This document shows, one piece after another, positions 14,130 to 27,562 of a stretch of 64,000 nucleotides of DNA (position 1 is its first letter; each line of letters starts with the position of its first letter). The position numbers and the translations under genes were made by a program. Origin of the DNA: Gnetum montanum (taxonomy: Eukaryota > Plantae > Gnetophyta); assembly GCA_015680685.1 (NCBI GenBank), contig MNCI01001077.1, forward strand, positions 501,627 to 565,626, read 5' to 3'. The notes under the pieces were generated by a model that was not told the DNA's origin, did not search any database, and was given only the letters and a program-made list of their open reading frames with translations.

Positions 14130-15007
14130 TGATAAGTGGTAAGGTACCCCTACACCCAACCATACAAATCACAAGCATTCATGTGCAATTCAGTCAAATT
14201 CCATAGATTGTAATTACTACGTACACTAGAGCTAAACAGTGTGTTTGCGTTGTTCATTCATTATCATTCTAATTTCACTTCTGAAATGAAATTGTATGAT
14301 TAAGTGTGAATGAGGCATATGATTTTTATTATTTTGTATTTTTATGGAATTACTCATCTAGAACAAGAATAAAAGTAGAATTGATTAAAAGTAAAAGCGA
14401 TTAATTGCTAAGGAAACTAAATTCTAATCTAGCCTAACACAAGTAACCATTTCCACTTCCTAGACACATCCTAAACTTCATGCAAACACTGCTGGGCTGT
14501 CAAACGCTAATCATTTCTACGCTACCAAGTGTCACACGTATGCTCGAAGGGGTCATGCTTGTGTAATTTAATGATTTTTTTAATTGATTAAAATGAATTA
14601 TTGTACTAATAAAATTAATGTAAAGTGGATAAAATAAAATAAAATAAAATAAAAATGAATAAGAAAAGAAATCTCAAGTGCCACAAGGATGAATCAAAGA
14701 GCTCGTCTTTATTGCCAACACAATGGTATGCTCAGGTATATCAATGCTTGAATAAGGATCTGTTGACACTTAAACCTTCTACTGTGGGCACTTGGAAAAT
14801 ATTCTAACTTTCAAATGGACAGAGTAGAAGAGTTTCACTACTTCACTGCTAAAACTTACTCCTAATTGTGTGCCTAGCCACGGTATTTATAGACCTGAGG
14901 GTAACCCTGCAATATCGAATGTACGATATCACATCTTAGGTTACGATATTGCATACTCGATATTGCAACCACTCCAATATCAAAGTGATGAAAAACATGA
15001 TTTATCA
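14130..15007 (-). repeat. 5' LTR of the Athila-like element
   Basis: Terminal inverted TGATAA/TTATCA, minus-strand TATA (tatttatag at about 14884), adjacent PBS at about 14111-14128. Confidence 0.8.
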
Positions 15008-15599
15008 ATATATACTTAATTAATTAATTTCTTAAATTTATAAATTATAATTAAATAAAATTTTGAAGATATATTTGAATTAACTTTCTTAGATGGATTA
15101 GCTTAGTTGTTTAAAGCATGAAATAATTTTATCTTACTTGAGGAGATCATACCTATTGAGAATAATGTTGGAGCATTGAGGATATTATTGAGGAAATTTT
15201 ATTATTTTTTTATGTTACTATCATACTTGTCCAACAAGAGATTGAAAAAAATTTTATGTATGTGTTTTAATTTCATGTTGCACTTGTTTCATAGGANAAA
15301 TACATAAAAATTATAAAAATATTATCTTTCTACTATGGTAACATAATTTTTTAAATTGTATTATATATAGTACATTATTTTTATTTTTTGAACACAATGA
15401 TACAAATAAGTAAACTCTACAATTGATGTTCTTGTTTATGATTAGTTTGCTACAAGTACCATTGATAGAACTCTTATGGTAATAGTCAAGTGGCCTCTAT
15501 GATTAGAATTTTTGATAGGAAAGATATCTATAAATTTCTTGTTTTACCTATATATTCACAATATTTTATTTCTAAGTTTTTAGTTTTGTAGGAAATAAA

Positions 15600-17300
15600 G
15601 GACTAAAGGATTCAGGACTAAATTAAAGAATGAGAATAGATTAAATAAGAAGCCTCTATTAGCCTAAATTTGTTTCAAAATTATGATGGATAAAATGTCA
15701 TCTCCCATTATGATGATATTTCATTAAGACAAATTTCAATGATTGTATCATATACATGAAAAATTTTAGAAAGAACCAAAAATAGTAAAGCTTGATACAT
15801 TTGAGGAGGCTGCATCCATTCAATACTTCATCAAGGATTTGGTAGATTTTGAGGTGATGTTACCCTAACAAGTAATGAATGTTACTCATGAAAAACAAGA
15901 TCTTCATGATATGTGTTCTTGCAACAATTTTCACATTCATGGATCAAAAATTATGGAAATCATTGAACTTATTTTAAATCATGATATTCTATGAATTTAG
16001 AGTAAAAGCTCGATATATCCATGTAGCATGGTTGCATTGGATGACTAATAGTACATTAAGTAAGAAATATTCTTATTATGTTTTGATAACAATTTTAAGG
16101 ATTTACATAAAATAATGATTTATAGCTATAATGCAAAAAATATGACCTAAATAGAAGAAAATTTTTTAAGAAAAATGCTTGTAGTAATGCTAAAAATATT
16201 AGATTCATTTTGCTAAAGTCTTATTTTAAGTATGGAGATTTTAATGCCTAGTAATCAACTAAATATATTTTGATTTTTTAATCATATAGGTTCATCAAGT
16301 TGAAAAAATTAGGATTTCGAGCTATGCACAAAACAATTTTATTAGCTTCTAAAGATAGAGCTCGAGTGAACATAATCTAGCTTGAAAGACTACTTTTTAA
16401 GTGTATTAGCTAATACTATAACTATTGGAAAATGGATTCTCAAGGTTGAAAGAACTAATCTCAACTTGAAGTGAAGCCAAAATTAATGTAAATAGTTAAG
16501 CACAAGTTACTAAGAAGAGGACATCTCATTTTAAGAGGAGGGCTTAATCTGAAGGAGATTAATGTTCACATATTAGCTTTGTAGCTAAAGTAAATACATA
16601 GAACAAAGAATTGGTTATATAAATATATTCTCAAAATAGTTCTATGAGCCACAATTAGCTCTATTGACCATAAATTACAAGGTAATTTTATAAATAAAAT
16701 ATTGAATTGCCACATTAGTCCATAGAATCAAAAGTGGTTTTCCAAAATGGCCTAAGATGATCCTATGATTTACACCAGCTGATTTTGGAACAAATATTAG
16801 CATTGCATATTTGTAATTTAAGGATTTATAGAACTTTGAGATTAGCTTTGCAAATAAATCCCATATGCCAAAAAAGCTGAGTAAGAAAAGTTTATTTTTA
16901 GAATTAATGGAATATACATTAGAAATCCTTAAGCACATGATCTTGCTTCTCCATGTTAATTCTTTTGGTGATACCATAGAACCAAAAATTGATTCCATAG
17001 AAAATCTTTACTTGAATTAGCTTCATAAGATTCTAATGTGGCATGCAAGCTACAAAGAAGAAGGAGTTTTTGAAGAATCAACATCAACTTCAAATGAAAG
17101 TAAGCTCAAAAATCTTTTGTTGAATCTTTAGCTACATCATACATTTAGAAGAAAAGATTCATAGAACCAAAAGAATTCTATGATACACACACCATCACTA
17201 AAAGAAGAGGCTTAAATTGAAATGCTACTCATAGAATGAAATCTAGTTATATTGACAAGGACATAAGTATTTTCTGCCAAGTTAACTTCACTTAGATGGA
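15600..17300 (+). pseudogene. Probable highly decayed L1-type LINE remnant
   Basis: Only isolated motifs: GDFN (about 16233, endonuclease-like), LKKLGF (about 16300) and GGLNLKEINVHILAL.LK.IHR (about 16537-16603, typical of the L1 post-RT region). No continuous ORF. Confidence 0.35.
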
Positions 17301-17492
17301 AACATTTGTAGAGTGAAAATATGAATTTAAAAGAAATTGAAATTTTTGTCTTTTCCACATTAGTTCATTATGTGCTACTAATTCGTAGAGTTAAAAAATA
17401 GCTTTAAAGGGAACCTCTACTGAAACACCATAACATTTCAAGGCCCTCTTGCTTCACCATGGTCTTGGAATTTAGGCAAGAACTTCCACAAG

Positions 17493-19276
17493 TGTAGGAT
17501 CATGATCATTGGAAAATAAAATGTAGGCACTAAGGTTAGACTATCTAGTCCAACAAGTTTTCTATATCCAGAGCTGATAGGCCCGATGGACTCTCCAACC
17601 TTCCACCTGGACAATTCGCATGACTAACAATCTACCTAGAGACCATGCCTGGAGTTGTCGACGGTGTTTAGGATGGACAAAATACTTTGAAAATTTTTTT
17701 AGCAGAGAAGTCTGCTATGCTATGCTACACTATGCAGTGTACCAAGCCTTCAAAAAATCAACCAAGCATCCAAATACAAGCTTTGGCAAGATGTCTGCAC
17801 AAGGCAATGTCAGAATTCTGCCGACACAAGGTGCTATGCTATGCTATGCTACATAGTGTAGCACAATGTAGCAAGGGTGAAATACTCAAAGACTCCTTTT
17901 CCAAGCCATTTTAAAAACATTACTACATATAAACGCATTTTGGCTTCCAAAAACAACCCTGTCTTAGTTAACCCTTGAACCACAAGCAAAGTTTTCTTGT
18001 GAAACCCCGCAATTTTGATAGAAATTCCTATTACATTGTCTGCTATGCTATGCTATGCTACATAGCATAGCATAGTGTAGCAAAGATGAAAATCAATAAA
18101 ATGCTCCAAAGATTAACCTGGTATGTACTAAAGGTTCCAGAAAATTTTGTTGACTCCAACGCAAGTTTCCTATTCAAACCAATGGCTACGTTGTGCTATG
18201 CTACATAGCATAGCATAGCGTAGCAAGCAGTTACGCTACATCTATGTAGTAGGTAGCGTAAATGATGCAAAGTTGACAGAGGCATCAAGAAATCTTCAGC
18301 TAGCTCCATAGCTTGTTAGCAATAACTAAGCTTGCCATGATTAGCAACTTTATTCCACTTTCGCATACCCCTTAGTCCATCCACCAAAATTTGTTCCTAT
18401 GCTTGATCTTGTTAATAAGGATAGGGAAGACGTAGTCCTGGGGTAGAGACTCTATTTCTTCTTTCATTTTTAGCACACTAGATTCCAGCATGTGTTGTTT
18501 TGAAAAAATGGTTACAGTGTAGTAGAGTTCATGATCGGCACAACATGCCTCCATGATACCATCATTTTTGCATATTGTGGGGTCTAGAACACATGGTACC
18601 TAAATTGTGTTTTTCTCTTGCTCCTGGCCCTATAAATACCTTGGTGAACAACACTCAAAGGGTTGTCTTTTTTGCATTGGAATTTTTGAGGTTGGCTTTT
18701 TTGGTTGGTATTTTTCATTCAAAGAGTTGGAATTTTACATTGAGAACAGCAGTTGGCTTGTTGGCATTTTTCATTCATTGGTTAGCTCCTTTATTGACTC
18801 CTTAGCAAATAGAGTTGGCTTCTTGCTACAGTTGGCCTCTAAGTTGGCTCCCAGAAGACATAGTTGGCATTTTCCCTTGAGTTTTCTAGTTACTCTTGAA
18901 TTCTCTATGTGCCTCTGGCATTGTATAACTTGTTATACATATTTCAAACAAGGCAAAGAATCGAACCCCCAACCTTGGGGTGGTACATTTTCTTACCCAA
19001 GTTTATTCTATTATCTCTTTATTGTTATTACTATTTGGCATTATTTCCTTCATTCCTACATTTATTGATTATTAGTTTTACCTCGTGTACTTTGCATTCA
19101 AAATAATGTTCATGTAAGATTAAGTTACACTGATTAAGTCCCTATCTAATTGAGTAGACCATTTAGGGTACCCCACTTCCGTTTTATCCTGCATGATGCT
19201 CGCATAATTCCGGTGTTAAACTATTTTTCTTGGTGACCTCTCAATCTTCTAGCTACCGATGTTTCTGGTTGCTACA
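17493..19276 (+). repeat. 5' LTR of Tat element A
   Basis: TGTAG...CTACA termini, TATA at about 18631, homology to 1890-3345, followed by a PBS. Confidence 0.8.
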
Positions 19277-19281
19277 ATTTT

Positions 19282-19297
19282 TGGTGCTAGAAGGAGG
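19282..19297 (+). other. Primer binding site, tRNA-Asn type (element A)
   Basis: tggtgctagaaggagg is a CpG-decayed TGGCGCTAGAAGGAGG, complementary to the 3' end of plant tRNA-Asn(GUU) as I recall it (..CCUCCUUCUAGCGCCA). Confidence 0.75.
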
Positions 19298-19519
19298 ACC
19301 TTTTGGTGCCTTTTCCATGTCCTATGGGTAGTCTTGCATGCTCTTTGTACCTTGTCACTCATTAGTGTAAATGTGACACCCTTGCAGTTGTTTATGCATC
19401 GTGTGGTATAGGCTGGTCACAATGATGGTTCCCTTGGAACCCTATAGGACAAAAAGCCCCTAATCACTTCTGGATCTCTTTTTTTTTCTTGTTCGCAAAC
19501 CATTTTCAACTTCGCAAAA

Positions 19520-22202
19520 ATGATTTCCTCAATAACTACTATTGCTACCTCAAAACTTGAGGTCCCTTTTTCAGTCTAGGGCACCATAGGTACTGAGCGA
19601 CCACCTAGCCTAATGCAAGGGCCATGCGAATCTCTTAGGATCCAAAATTGATCACCTGGGAGCTTGGCACAATATACTAAAATTTACAACTTCCTCTATG
19701 CTAAGATCTAGGTAGATCTACCCTTGGATGTCCAAGAACTCGAAGACAAATGTAACTTCAAGTTCCTTTATCATAATGGAAGGGAATTTATCCCTACTCC
19801 TAGCCCTTTCATTCCCCTGACGCAAACGTATCAGTGGATCTTAGATCAGCTGGTATGGACAAGTAGGTCTAGGGAGTAGTAAGACACAACATCCCACTAT
19901 GACGAGGCATTTTAGGATGGACAAGAGGACCTGGATTCCCAATCCAAGGGTGGGGGTCAAACTAACCCTACTACTATCCCTCCTATCATTACCTTCTGGC
20001 CGAACCTACTCTTCGTGACTGCTCCCTTTATGAGTACATTAGCCCCATTGCAAACCGTAGTTTTATAGGCCATGGGTAGCCATGCCATATCATGGGTAGT
20101 CCAATCTATCTGTTCATTGTACCAAAAACTAATCATGGCTACCCTTCCTTACATGCACATGGTACCTACGTCACAGTTGCATATATTCTCTGCTTCCATT
20201 CGAACATCTACACCTATTCCAATATTAGTAGTAGGCCCAGCCACATCCACATGGTTGACCCCAATCACTTCTTCCCCTTCTTCGCAACCTTCCCAAATGT
20301 TGCACTATGCTTACCATCAAATGTACCAGGTCTCACAAATAGTACAATCAAGTGTGGGACTATGGTTTATCCAACCGATCATGTAAACAACCTATCCTAT
20401 GGCACCACTAGTAATGATCACCCCAATAGCACCACTCATTGCGTGTTGGACAGCAAAAGTAGCACCCTTCATAGGGGCTATCCCAATGGCACCACCTATG
20501 AGCCAAGTCACTGCCACTAGCATGCCACCAATGGTGGCTGCCCCCACAACCCCACAACTGTCTGCATTTTCCTTGGGTCTCGATCAAGCATTTCAACTTA
20601 TCTAGACCCTTACTGAAGAGGTTAGGCACCTTAAAGCTATTAATTTTGATAAAGAAGAAGTCATGGATTTCTACCATGATGATCCTATTAACCCAGTAGT
20701 CCCCATGCTCACATTACCCCCTAGGATGCCACTCGTCCACTTTAGAAAATACAATGGGGAGGGTGACCCTAATGCACATCTCATGACATTTAGATTTGAG
20801 TCCCTGCTATTGCAACACTGGCCACACACCATCATCTACATATTTGCTATGTCTTTGATAGGAAAAGCTTTAGACTGGTATCGCATACTCCCATGCTCTT
20901 CTATCTCAAGCCTAGAGGAGCTATTGACTCAGTTCATAACTTGTTTCAAATATAACTTGAAACTAGAGGTTATGCTGGATTAGTTAATGAGCATTAAGAA
21001 AGATCTGCTGGAATCAATCCAAAAATTTATATAGCATTGGAGCACTACCATGAATGAGATCTATGAGCCTATCGCAGAGGCCCATCTGCTGGCCATCTTT
21101 AAGGGTGCAGTAAATAACTTTATTAAGTTCAAATTGTACTACCTAGCTCCACAAACTCTTAGTCAAGCTTTTGCCCAGACCAAGAGCATTCAAGATGCAT
21201 CTGAGGCAAGTAGAGATTCAGCCAATGTTGTATATAAAGACATGTATACTAAAAAGGATAAAGAGAAGGGAAAGAACACAATGGCCATGGTGGCTACCAT
21301 GGAAAACGAGGCCCAGCCCAAAAACAACAATAATGGGAAAGTGACCACAGTGTCAACTAACCCCATAGGTAACCCAGGCAACGTTGCTCAACCTTCAACA
21401 TCGACACCCAAAGCATGCACCTAGCCTAAGCCTAACTTTGAGCATAAAGATTGCTCTAAGTACACCCACTACCTATCAAGCCTTCAGAACTCCTAAAGAA
21501 ATTTCTAGGGATGGGTTATATTCAACACAAGAGAATGTTAGAGGAGGAAACCAAAAGGCATCAATGGTACTACGAACTCCTTAGGAACCCCTCCTTGGTT
21601 TTGCCCAATGAGCCCATAGTTCCTAAGAATTTCAAGTTGGAATGGTTCTATGACTACCACTAGCTTTGCTGTCATGACATAGATTACTGTTTAGTATTAA
21701 AGTATGACATACAATGAATGATTGATCAGGAAAAGTTGGTTCTAGATGAAAGCAACCCCATGTGCCCCAAGAATCAATTTATGCACATTTACACAGATCC
21801 ACTTAATGCCAACAACGTTGACTACATCATCAACACCATTGGCATAGACAATAATCCTGAATTGCCTCAACAATCGTTTATAGTTCAGGTGCCTTAGTGT
21901 AGTGCACCAACACTAGTAGCTACCAAAAAGACACTGTAGTGGCCTTTTCTCCTTAAAGTTCCCTCTCATACATCCACCCCCACATATTTCATGTTTAAAA
22001 CTATACCGCTACCCACACTAACACTGCAAACACCCTTCATCATTAGCTGTCCAAGCCACTCAACTGTCCCCATACCACATAAGATGGCATCATAGCCTTC
22101 TCGTTCAAAGAAATAGGACGAGCATTTGATAGGTGAAACACCTACAAAATGTAGCACTGTAGGTCCTTCCAAGCCTTCTCCTTCAGCCTTTGCATTTATG
22201 CC
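19520..22202 (+). pseudogene. gag: gag of element A, interrupted by element B
   Basis: ORFs 20663..20983 and 21050..21424 (Gag core), DYH..CHDIDYC motif at about 21650; ends abruptly at the LTR B start. Confidence 0.85.
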
Positions 22203-23610
22203 TGAAATACCATAAAAATTTCGAGGCCTTGATAGTTCAAAAAAATCTAGCAACTCAGGCAAGGAGTCACGACAAGGCCCAGCACAGTACAAATGAACTT
22301 CATAAGACAGAACAAAATGATGAGTGCACAGCAACAAGCCTTCCACTTTGCAGGTCTTCTATGTTTCAAGAATCTCAACATTTAGCATATTACGCTACAT
22401 TACGCAACATAGCGTAACACCGCGTTACGTAGCGTAATATAAAAGAAAGTCCACCACAGCATCAAAGATGGAAAACATTCAAGAATCCAACAACCCAGCA
22501 AAAATCTCAAGGCTTAAGCAATGATTTGTAGTATGCTGCGCATTATAGTAGGTTTTCATTCTTGGTTAAGGGGTCTATTACGCTGCGTTAAGCAGTGCAG
22601 TGTAATAAAACCCCAAAAAGGAATTGATCAAGAATAGAGGAAGCGTGGCAACAATACTTCAACTTTGGCAGTTTCATTATTTTACGCTGAATTATGCTAT
22701 GATGCGTAATTTAATGTGATGCAGCGTAATGCAAGTGATGACAACATAATTCTAACATTAGTAGTTCATACTCCACAATACGCTCTCTAGTGTATTGTAG
22801 TGTAACCAAAGGATAGTCTATTGCCAAAGCCCAAACAAGAGTGGTTTATGACGTGCTATGCAGTGTAGCACCGCAAACTTCAATGACAACACATTGGGTG
22901 AATGGCATCTTATAAGTTCAAGACACGCATCATCTAAACTATGTTTTCCTCCTAATCCTAACCTTATAAATGCTCCAGTTTATGAAGATCAAGTGGTTGA
23001 AAAAAATTTCTCCTTCAAGGTTGGCAAGAGAGTAAAAAGAGGATCAACGATTTTGAGAACATCGAAGGTGATTGGCAAGAACCCTTGATCAGAAACAGTC
23101 GACTGATAGATATTCTACCCTAGGTCAGACTTCCTTGCACCTAGATTGGCTAGAACAAGGTAGATTGACCCTAGCTTGTTCCATCTTTAGATGACTTTCT
23201 TGCTACTGGCATGCGCTTCGTCCAAACCAAAGCCCGCCTCTAATTATTGTATCCAACATATTGTGTTCATAAATCAAATCCCAGATCTTATTGTCGTACT
23301 CTCTACAAATCCAATTCCTTGCATCCTATTTATACAGATTTGGTAATCGCTCTAAATCATTTGCATTGTTTTCAATTATTTTTTTGGTATCAATAATATT
23401 ACATTTCCTCATAAAGAGTCATCATTTTGTCATCAAATTATTACAAAATTTTTACTGATTAAGTAAGTCCCTGTCTGATCGACAAGATCATTCAGGGCAC
23501 CTCGGATTCATTTCTTTCTCTAGCACAACCCTCGCACGGATCTAGGGTTAGAACTGTGTACATGGACTTTTGTTCGGTATTTTCAGTGATCGACATTTTT
23601 TGTCGTTGCA
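22203..23610 (+). repeat. 5' LTR of Tat element B
   Basis: Starts TGAAATACCA (like LTR C and D starts), TATA cttataaatg at about 22963, ends ...gtcgttgca, followed by PBS tggtgctagaaggaggg at 23617-23633. Confidence 0.8.
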
Positions 23611-23866
23611 TTTTTCTGGTGCTAGAAGGAGGGCATGAACCTTTGATCTGCATTTTATGGGTAGTCTTGTAAGCTATCTATACCCATCATTAATTGATGA
23701 AAACGCAATACTTCTAAGGCTTTTTATAGGATTTTGTGGTGCAGATCAGTCACTTCGACGATTCCTTTGGAATCCTACAAGATAGAAAGCCTCGATTATC
23801 ATCTTAGTTTTCCTTTGTCCTTCTGATCGTTACCCTTATTTTCATTATCTCTGAATCGCATAGAAA

Positions 23867-25462
23867 ATGGTTACATCAACCACAGCTATCGACACTACCA
23901 ACCTTCAGGATCCTTGGACCATACAAGCTACGCTTCCTAGGGTCAAGCTACCAACTAGCCCAGCACGACCACACTGCTGTCTCAAGTTGCAAAATAAGGA
24001 GCCTGAGGAACACGCTCAGCATAGAGAACACTACAATTTCCTCTGTGTTAAGATAGCAGTAAACCTGCCCATGTATCTACAAGAATTCAAGAAAAAATGA
24101 GAGTACAAGTTCATGTACTACAACAGGAAGGAATTTATTCCTTCACCTAACGTCACTGTCCCCCTAACGGACCAACAAAAGTGGATCCTAGATCAAATGT
24201 TGATGGCAAAGACATCGCCAAAACAACTAGAGGTGTTGTTCCATGATGAAACACTTCATGATGTGCAAGAAGATCTAGAATCTCACTCGGAAGGATGCAA
24301 TCATGCTGATTTCACTATGGCCCCTACCTCCATGACGTCCTGCGTAAATCTATTGTTCATGGTTACCACGCCCATGACATTATCCAATACCAACTGAGTC
24401 CCACATTCACCGCGCTTACATTTTCTTTCTCCGACTATCTTCCTAGGCGATGTTCTCTCACAAATCATTCCCCAGTAGGCACAATTACCTAATCCACCTC
24501 ACCGTACACCTACACCTGTGTCACTGCATGTACACATGATACCTATGTCATAATTCCCTACAATACCTACCTTCATCCCGAACCACATGACAGAGCCTGC
24601 CACTATAGGATGGTGGATTCCAAACATGCCACTCGTTGCGCATCCCATGCAAATGCCCCATCATCCCCATCATCAAAGCCAAGTCCCACAAGCGCTAAAC
24701 CCAGTTACAGGATCGTTGTCGATGCCCCCAGTTACACAAATAGCATATCAAATAGCGCAACCAATAGTGGTTGCCCCATCCGCACCAACTACTGGATGGT
24801 GTATGCCATAAGTAGCACCACTTGCATGGACCATCTCACTAGCACTGACTATCAACCAAGCTACCGCCTCCGTTGTGACACCCAGTTTGGCCCCTCCTGC
24901 TGTTCCACAAATGACCTCCTCATCTACAGGTCTGGACCAAGCCTTCCAGCTCATTTGGACCCTTACAGAATAGGTCAAGCATCTCAAGGTTGCTGTTCTG
25001 GCATGGTACAAGTCATGGATTTCTACCATGATGATCCTATTAGTCTAGCAGTCCCAGTCCTATCGTTCTCACCTGGGATGCCCCTTCTCCATTTCACAAA
25101 ATACAATGGGGAAGGTGATCCCAACATCCACCTTGTCACTTTTAGGTAAAAATCCTTATTGCTGCAACAATGGCTGCATAGTATAATCCATGTCTTTGCT
25201 ATGTCCTTAATGAAAAAAGCTCTAGACTGGTATCAAGCCCCTCCATGTTCTTTCATTTCAACTTTGGAAGAGCTGCTAACCTAGTTTGTGACTCGTTTCA
25301 AATACAACCTAAATCCAGAAGTCACGTTGGACCAGCTCATGGGAGTTAAGCAAGGCCCGCTTGAGTCGGTCCAAAAGTTCATACAGTGCTGGAGCACTAC
25401 CTTGAATGAAATCCGCGAACCCATTGCAGAAGCCCATCTACTGGAAATCGTCAAGGGAGCAG
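23867..25462 (+). pseudogene. gag: gag of element B, 5' part (split by element C)
   Basis: YNFLCVKI..EFIPSP N-terminus, DFYHDDPI..KYNGEGDP core, ends EAHLLEIVKGA at the LTR C junction. Confidence 0.85.
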
Positions 25463-26861
25463 TGAAACACCACAAAATTCTGAGCTTAGTACTTCTCCAA
25501 CAAGAATCGAGCTTGAGGGCCCCACAGATAGCTTCAAGCAGAGTCGGACTCAACAAGGAGCAGTTCCCTGGGACCCGCAGATGACCACGGCGACATCTGC
25601 TATCAGAAATGGCAACTTTGGAGCTCAAGATAGTTAGTCTTTATGAAGTGTGCATTCTCAGCATATGCACCTAGTGGATACGCCTAGCATACACACCCAG
25701 CATAAACGCCTCACATGAACACTCAACATGTATGACTGATGTATACGCCCAGTATTCCACCCTCGAAGATGGCAAGGAAACAACGCTGTAGAGCAAGACT
25801 TTGTATAGAGCATCAACTCACACAAATAGAGCAATCATCAGACACTGACATCATGCATTCTGAAGTTCATACGCTGAGCATGCACACCCTACACGCCCAG
25901 TGTATATGCCCAACGTATACGCCTGGCGTATACACCTAGCATGTACAAAGTGTACAACCAGTGTCGGATCAAGGTCAACCAAGCTGAACATCCATAGGTA
26001 GCATCTTCATGGCATCAGAATTCAAATTTGAAGGCCGAAAGATTTCTTTTGCTTTGATCAAGTTTGTACGCCCAGGTCATACGCCCAGCATGTATACACT
26101 GGCGTGCAATGGTATACGCTGGTGTACAGTGTGTATACCTTGGCGTGTAGCATGCTGTATACTTGTAAATTTCATTCTTTCGCACTCGGTCAACACACCA
26201 CTTGTCACCCGACCCAAGAATCTAGCACTCCACAACCAATCATCCCCTCTCAAAACCCGAGTCCCGCATTTACACTTGTATAAAAACCCCAATTTTTCAC
26301 TAGACCGGGGTTGGAAATTTTGATCAAAAATCCAGAGAAAAACAGAGAGACAGAGACGCTAAGAAACCAGAGCAAAAACCATGTACACTGGATCTCGACC
26401 CTACACATTGAGCATACAGCTTTTACACTATGCCTGTAGTTGAACCCAGCACATAATCATCCCTGCATTCACCGGGGCTATTCATCCGCCTTGTGTCAGA
26501 GTCACAACTATGTTAGATCGGTGCATTGTAACTTTCATTTTGCAATAATATTGCTACATTTCTTTGCTAAAATCTATTACATTTTTTCATTCATTATTAC
26601 ACGTTTACTGCTTACGCTCCTGTATGTTTACGTTATGCTCCATTTTACATTCGTTACGTAGTCTATGTATAACCCAGTGTACAGTATATCAGTGTACATT
26701 CGAGGAAATCCTTGCCTGATCCACGTGCAGACCACTCAAGGTACTCTACCTTCATTAATTCCATCTTTCCCTGAAGCGAAGGTAGCGTCCTCTATGCATG
26801 TCTATAGATCTCTAGGTTTCTGTTTCATTCCAGCCAGAAATCGACAATTTTGGACAGTACA
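25463..26861 (+). repeat. 5' LTR of element C
   Basis: tgaaacaccacaaaattc...ggacagtaca; direct repeat of 42603-43976; TATA tataaaaa at about 26279. Confidence 0.95.
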
Positions 26862-26866
26862 GAAAA

Positions 26867-26883
26867 TGACACTAGAAGGAGGG
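26867..26883 (+). other. PBS (tRNA-Asn type, decayed) of element C
   Basis: tgacactagaaggaggg, 5 nt downstream of the LTR end. Confidence 0.8.
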
Positions 26884-26984
26884 CCCGAAACTGCTTAAAA
26901 CTTACTATGCTATCATACCTCAATCTTCCCAGCCCACACTACATCGACACTAAACCTAGTTCTAAAATTCCCAGGTTGACATCC

Positions 26985-27480
26985 CTATCTACAGAATTCC
27001 CAGCATCTACGCTACTAAGTATACAACATCCTTGTCTACAGAATTCCCAGCATCTACGTTGCTGAGTATACGACATCCTTGTCTATAGAATTCCTAGCAT
27101 CTACGCTGCTGAGTATACGAAAACTCCGTCTACAGAACTCCCAATGTCTATGCTACTGAGTATACGCCGACTCTGTCTACACTGCTTAGTATACGTTGTA
27201 TGCTCTATGCTATAGACTCTATCTACGCTGCTCAGTATACACTATACGCTCTACACTATAGACTTTGTTTACGTTGCTGGGTATACACCATACGCTCTAT
27301 GCTATAAACTCTGTCTACACTGTACGCTGACTTTGTCAAAGCTATACATTGTAGACTCTATCTACGCTACTCAGTATACACTCTACGCTGCCCTGCCTAC
27401 ACGTTTTAACGTATACATGTGCGCTATCACTATACGCTGGTCATTGAAGCCTAGACACTGAGACCCGGTCTATACGCTGT
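26985..27480 (+). repeat. 5' UTR tandem array (47-bp unit x about 4, then degenerate TACGCT units)
   Basis: ctacagaattcccagcatctacgctgctgagtatacgacatccttgt recurs at a 47-bp period (26990, 27037...). Confidence 0.85.
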
Positions 27481-27562
27481 ATGCAACAAACGTAGGTTTA
27501 CACCGTACAAGGTATACTAGTCTCATATCCCTTCCACCGTATCGTATTCACAACCATTCATC

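Larger units (their letters stand above)
7620..15007 (-). mobile_element. Athila-like Gypsy element, non-autonomous (gag, protease, integrase; no RT/RH)
   Basis: 5' LTR 14130-15007 with TGATAA..TTATCA termini; PBS tggcactattgctgagaa (decayed tRNA-Asp type TGGCGCCGTTGCCGGGGA); PPT tgggggta next to the truncated 3' LTR 7620-7947, which matches 14680-15007. Confidence 0.8.

Noticed and set aside
25281-26900. Short ORFs duplicated at 25288/42500 and 26440/43555
   Set aside because: They are shared only because they lie in the two LTR copies; no domain features.
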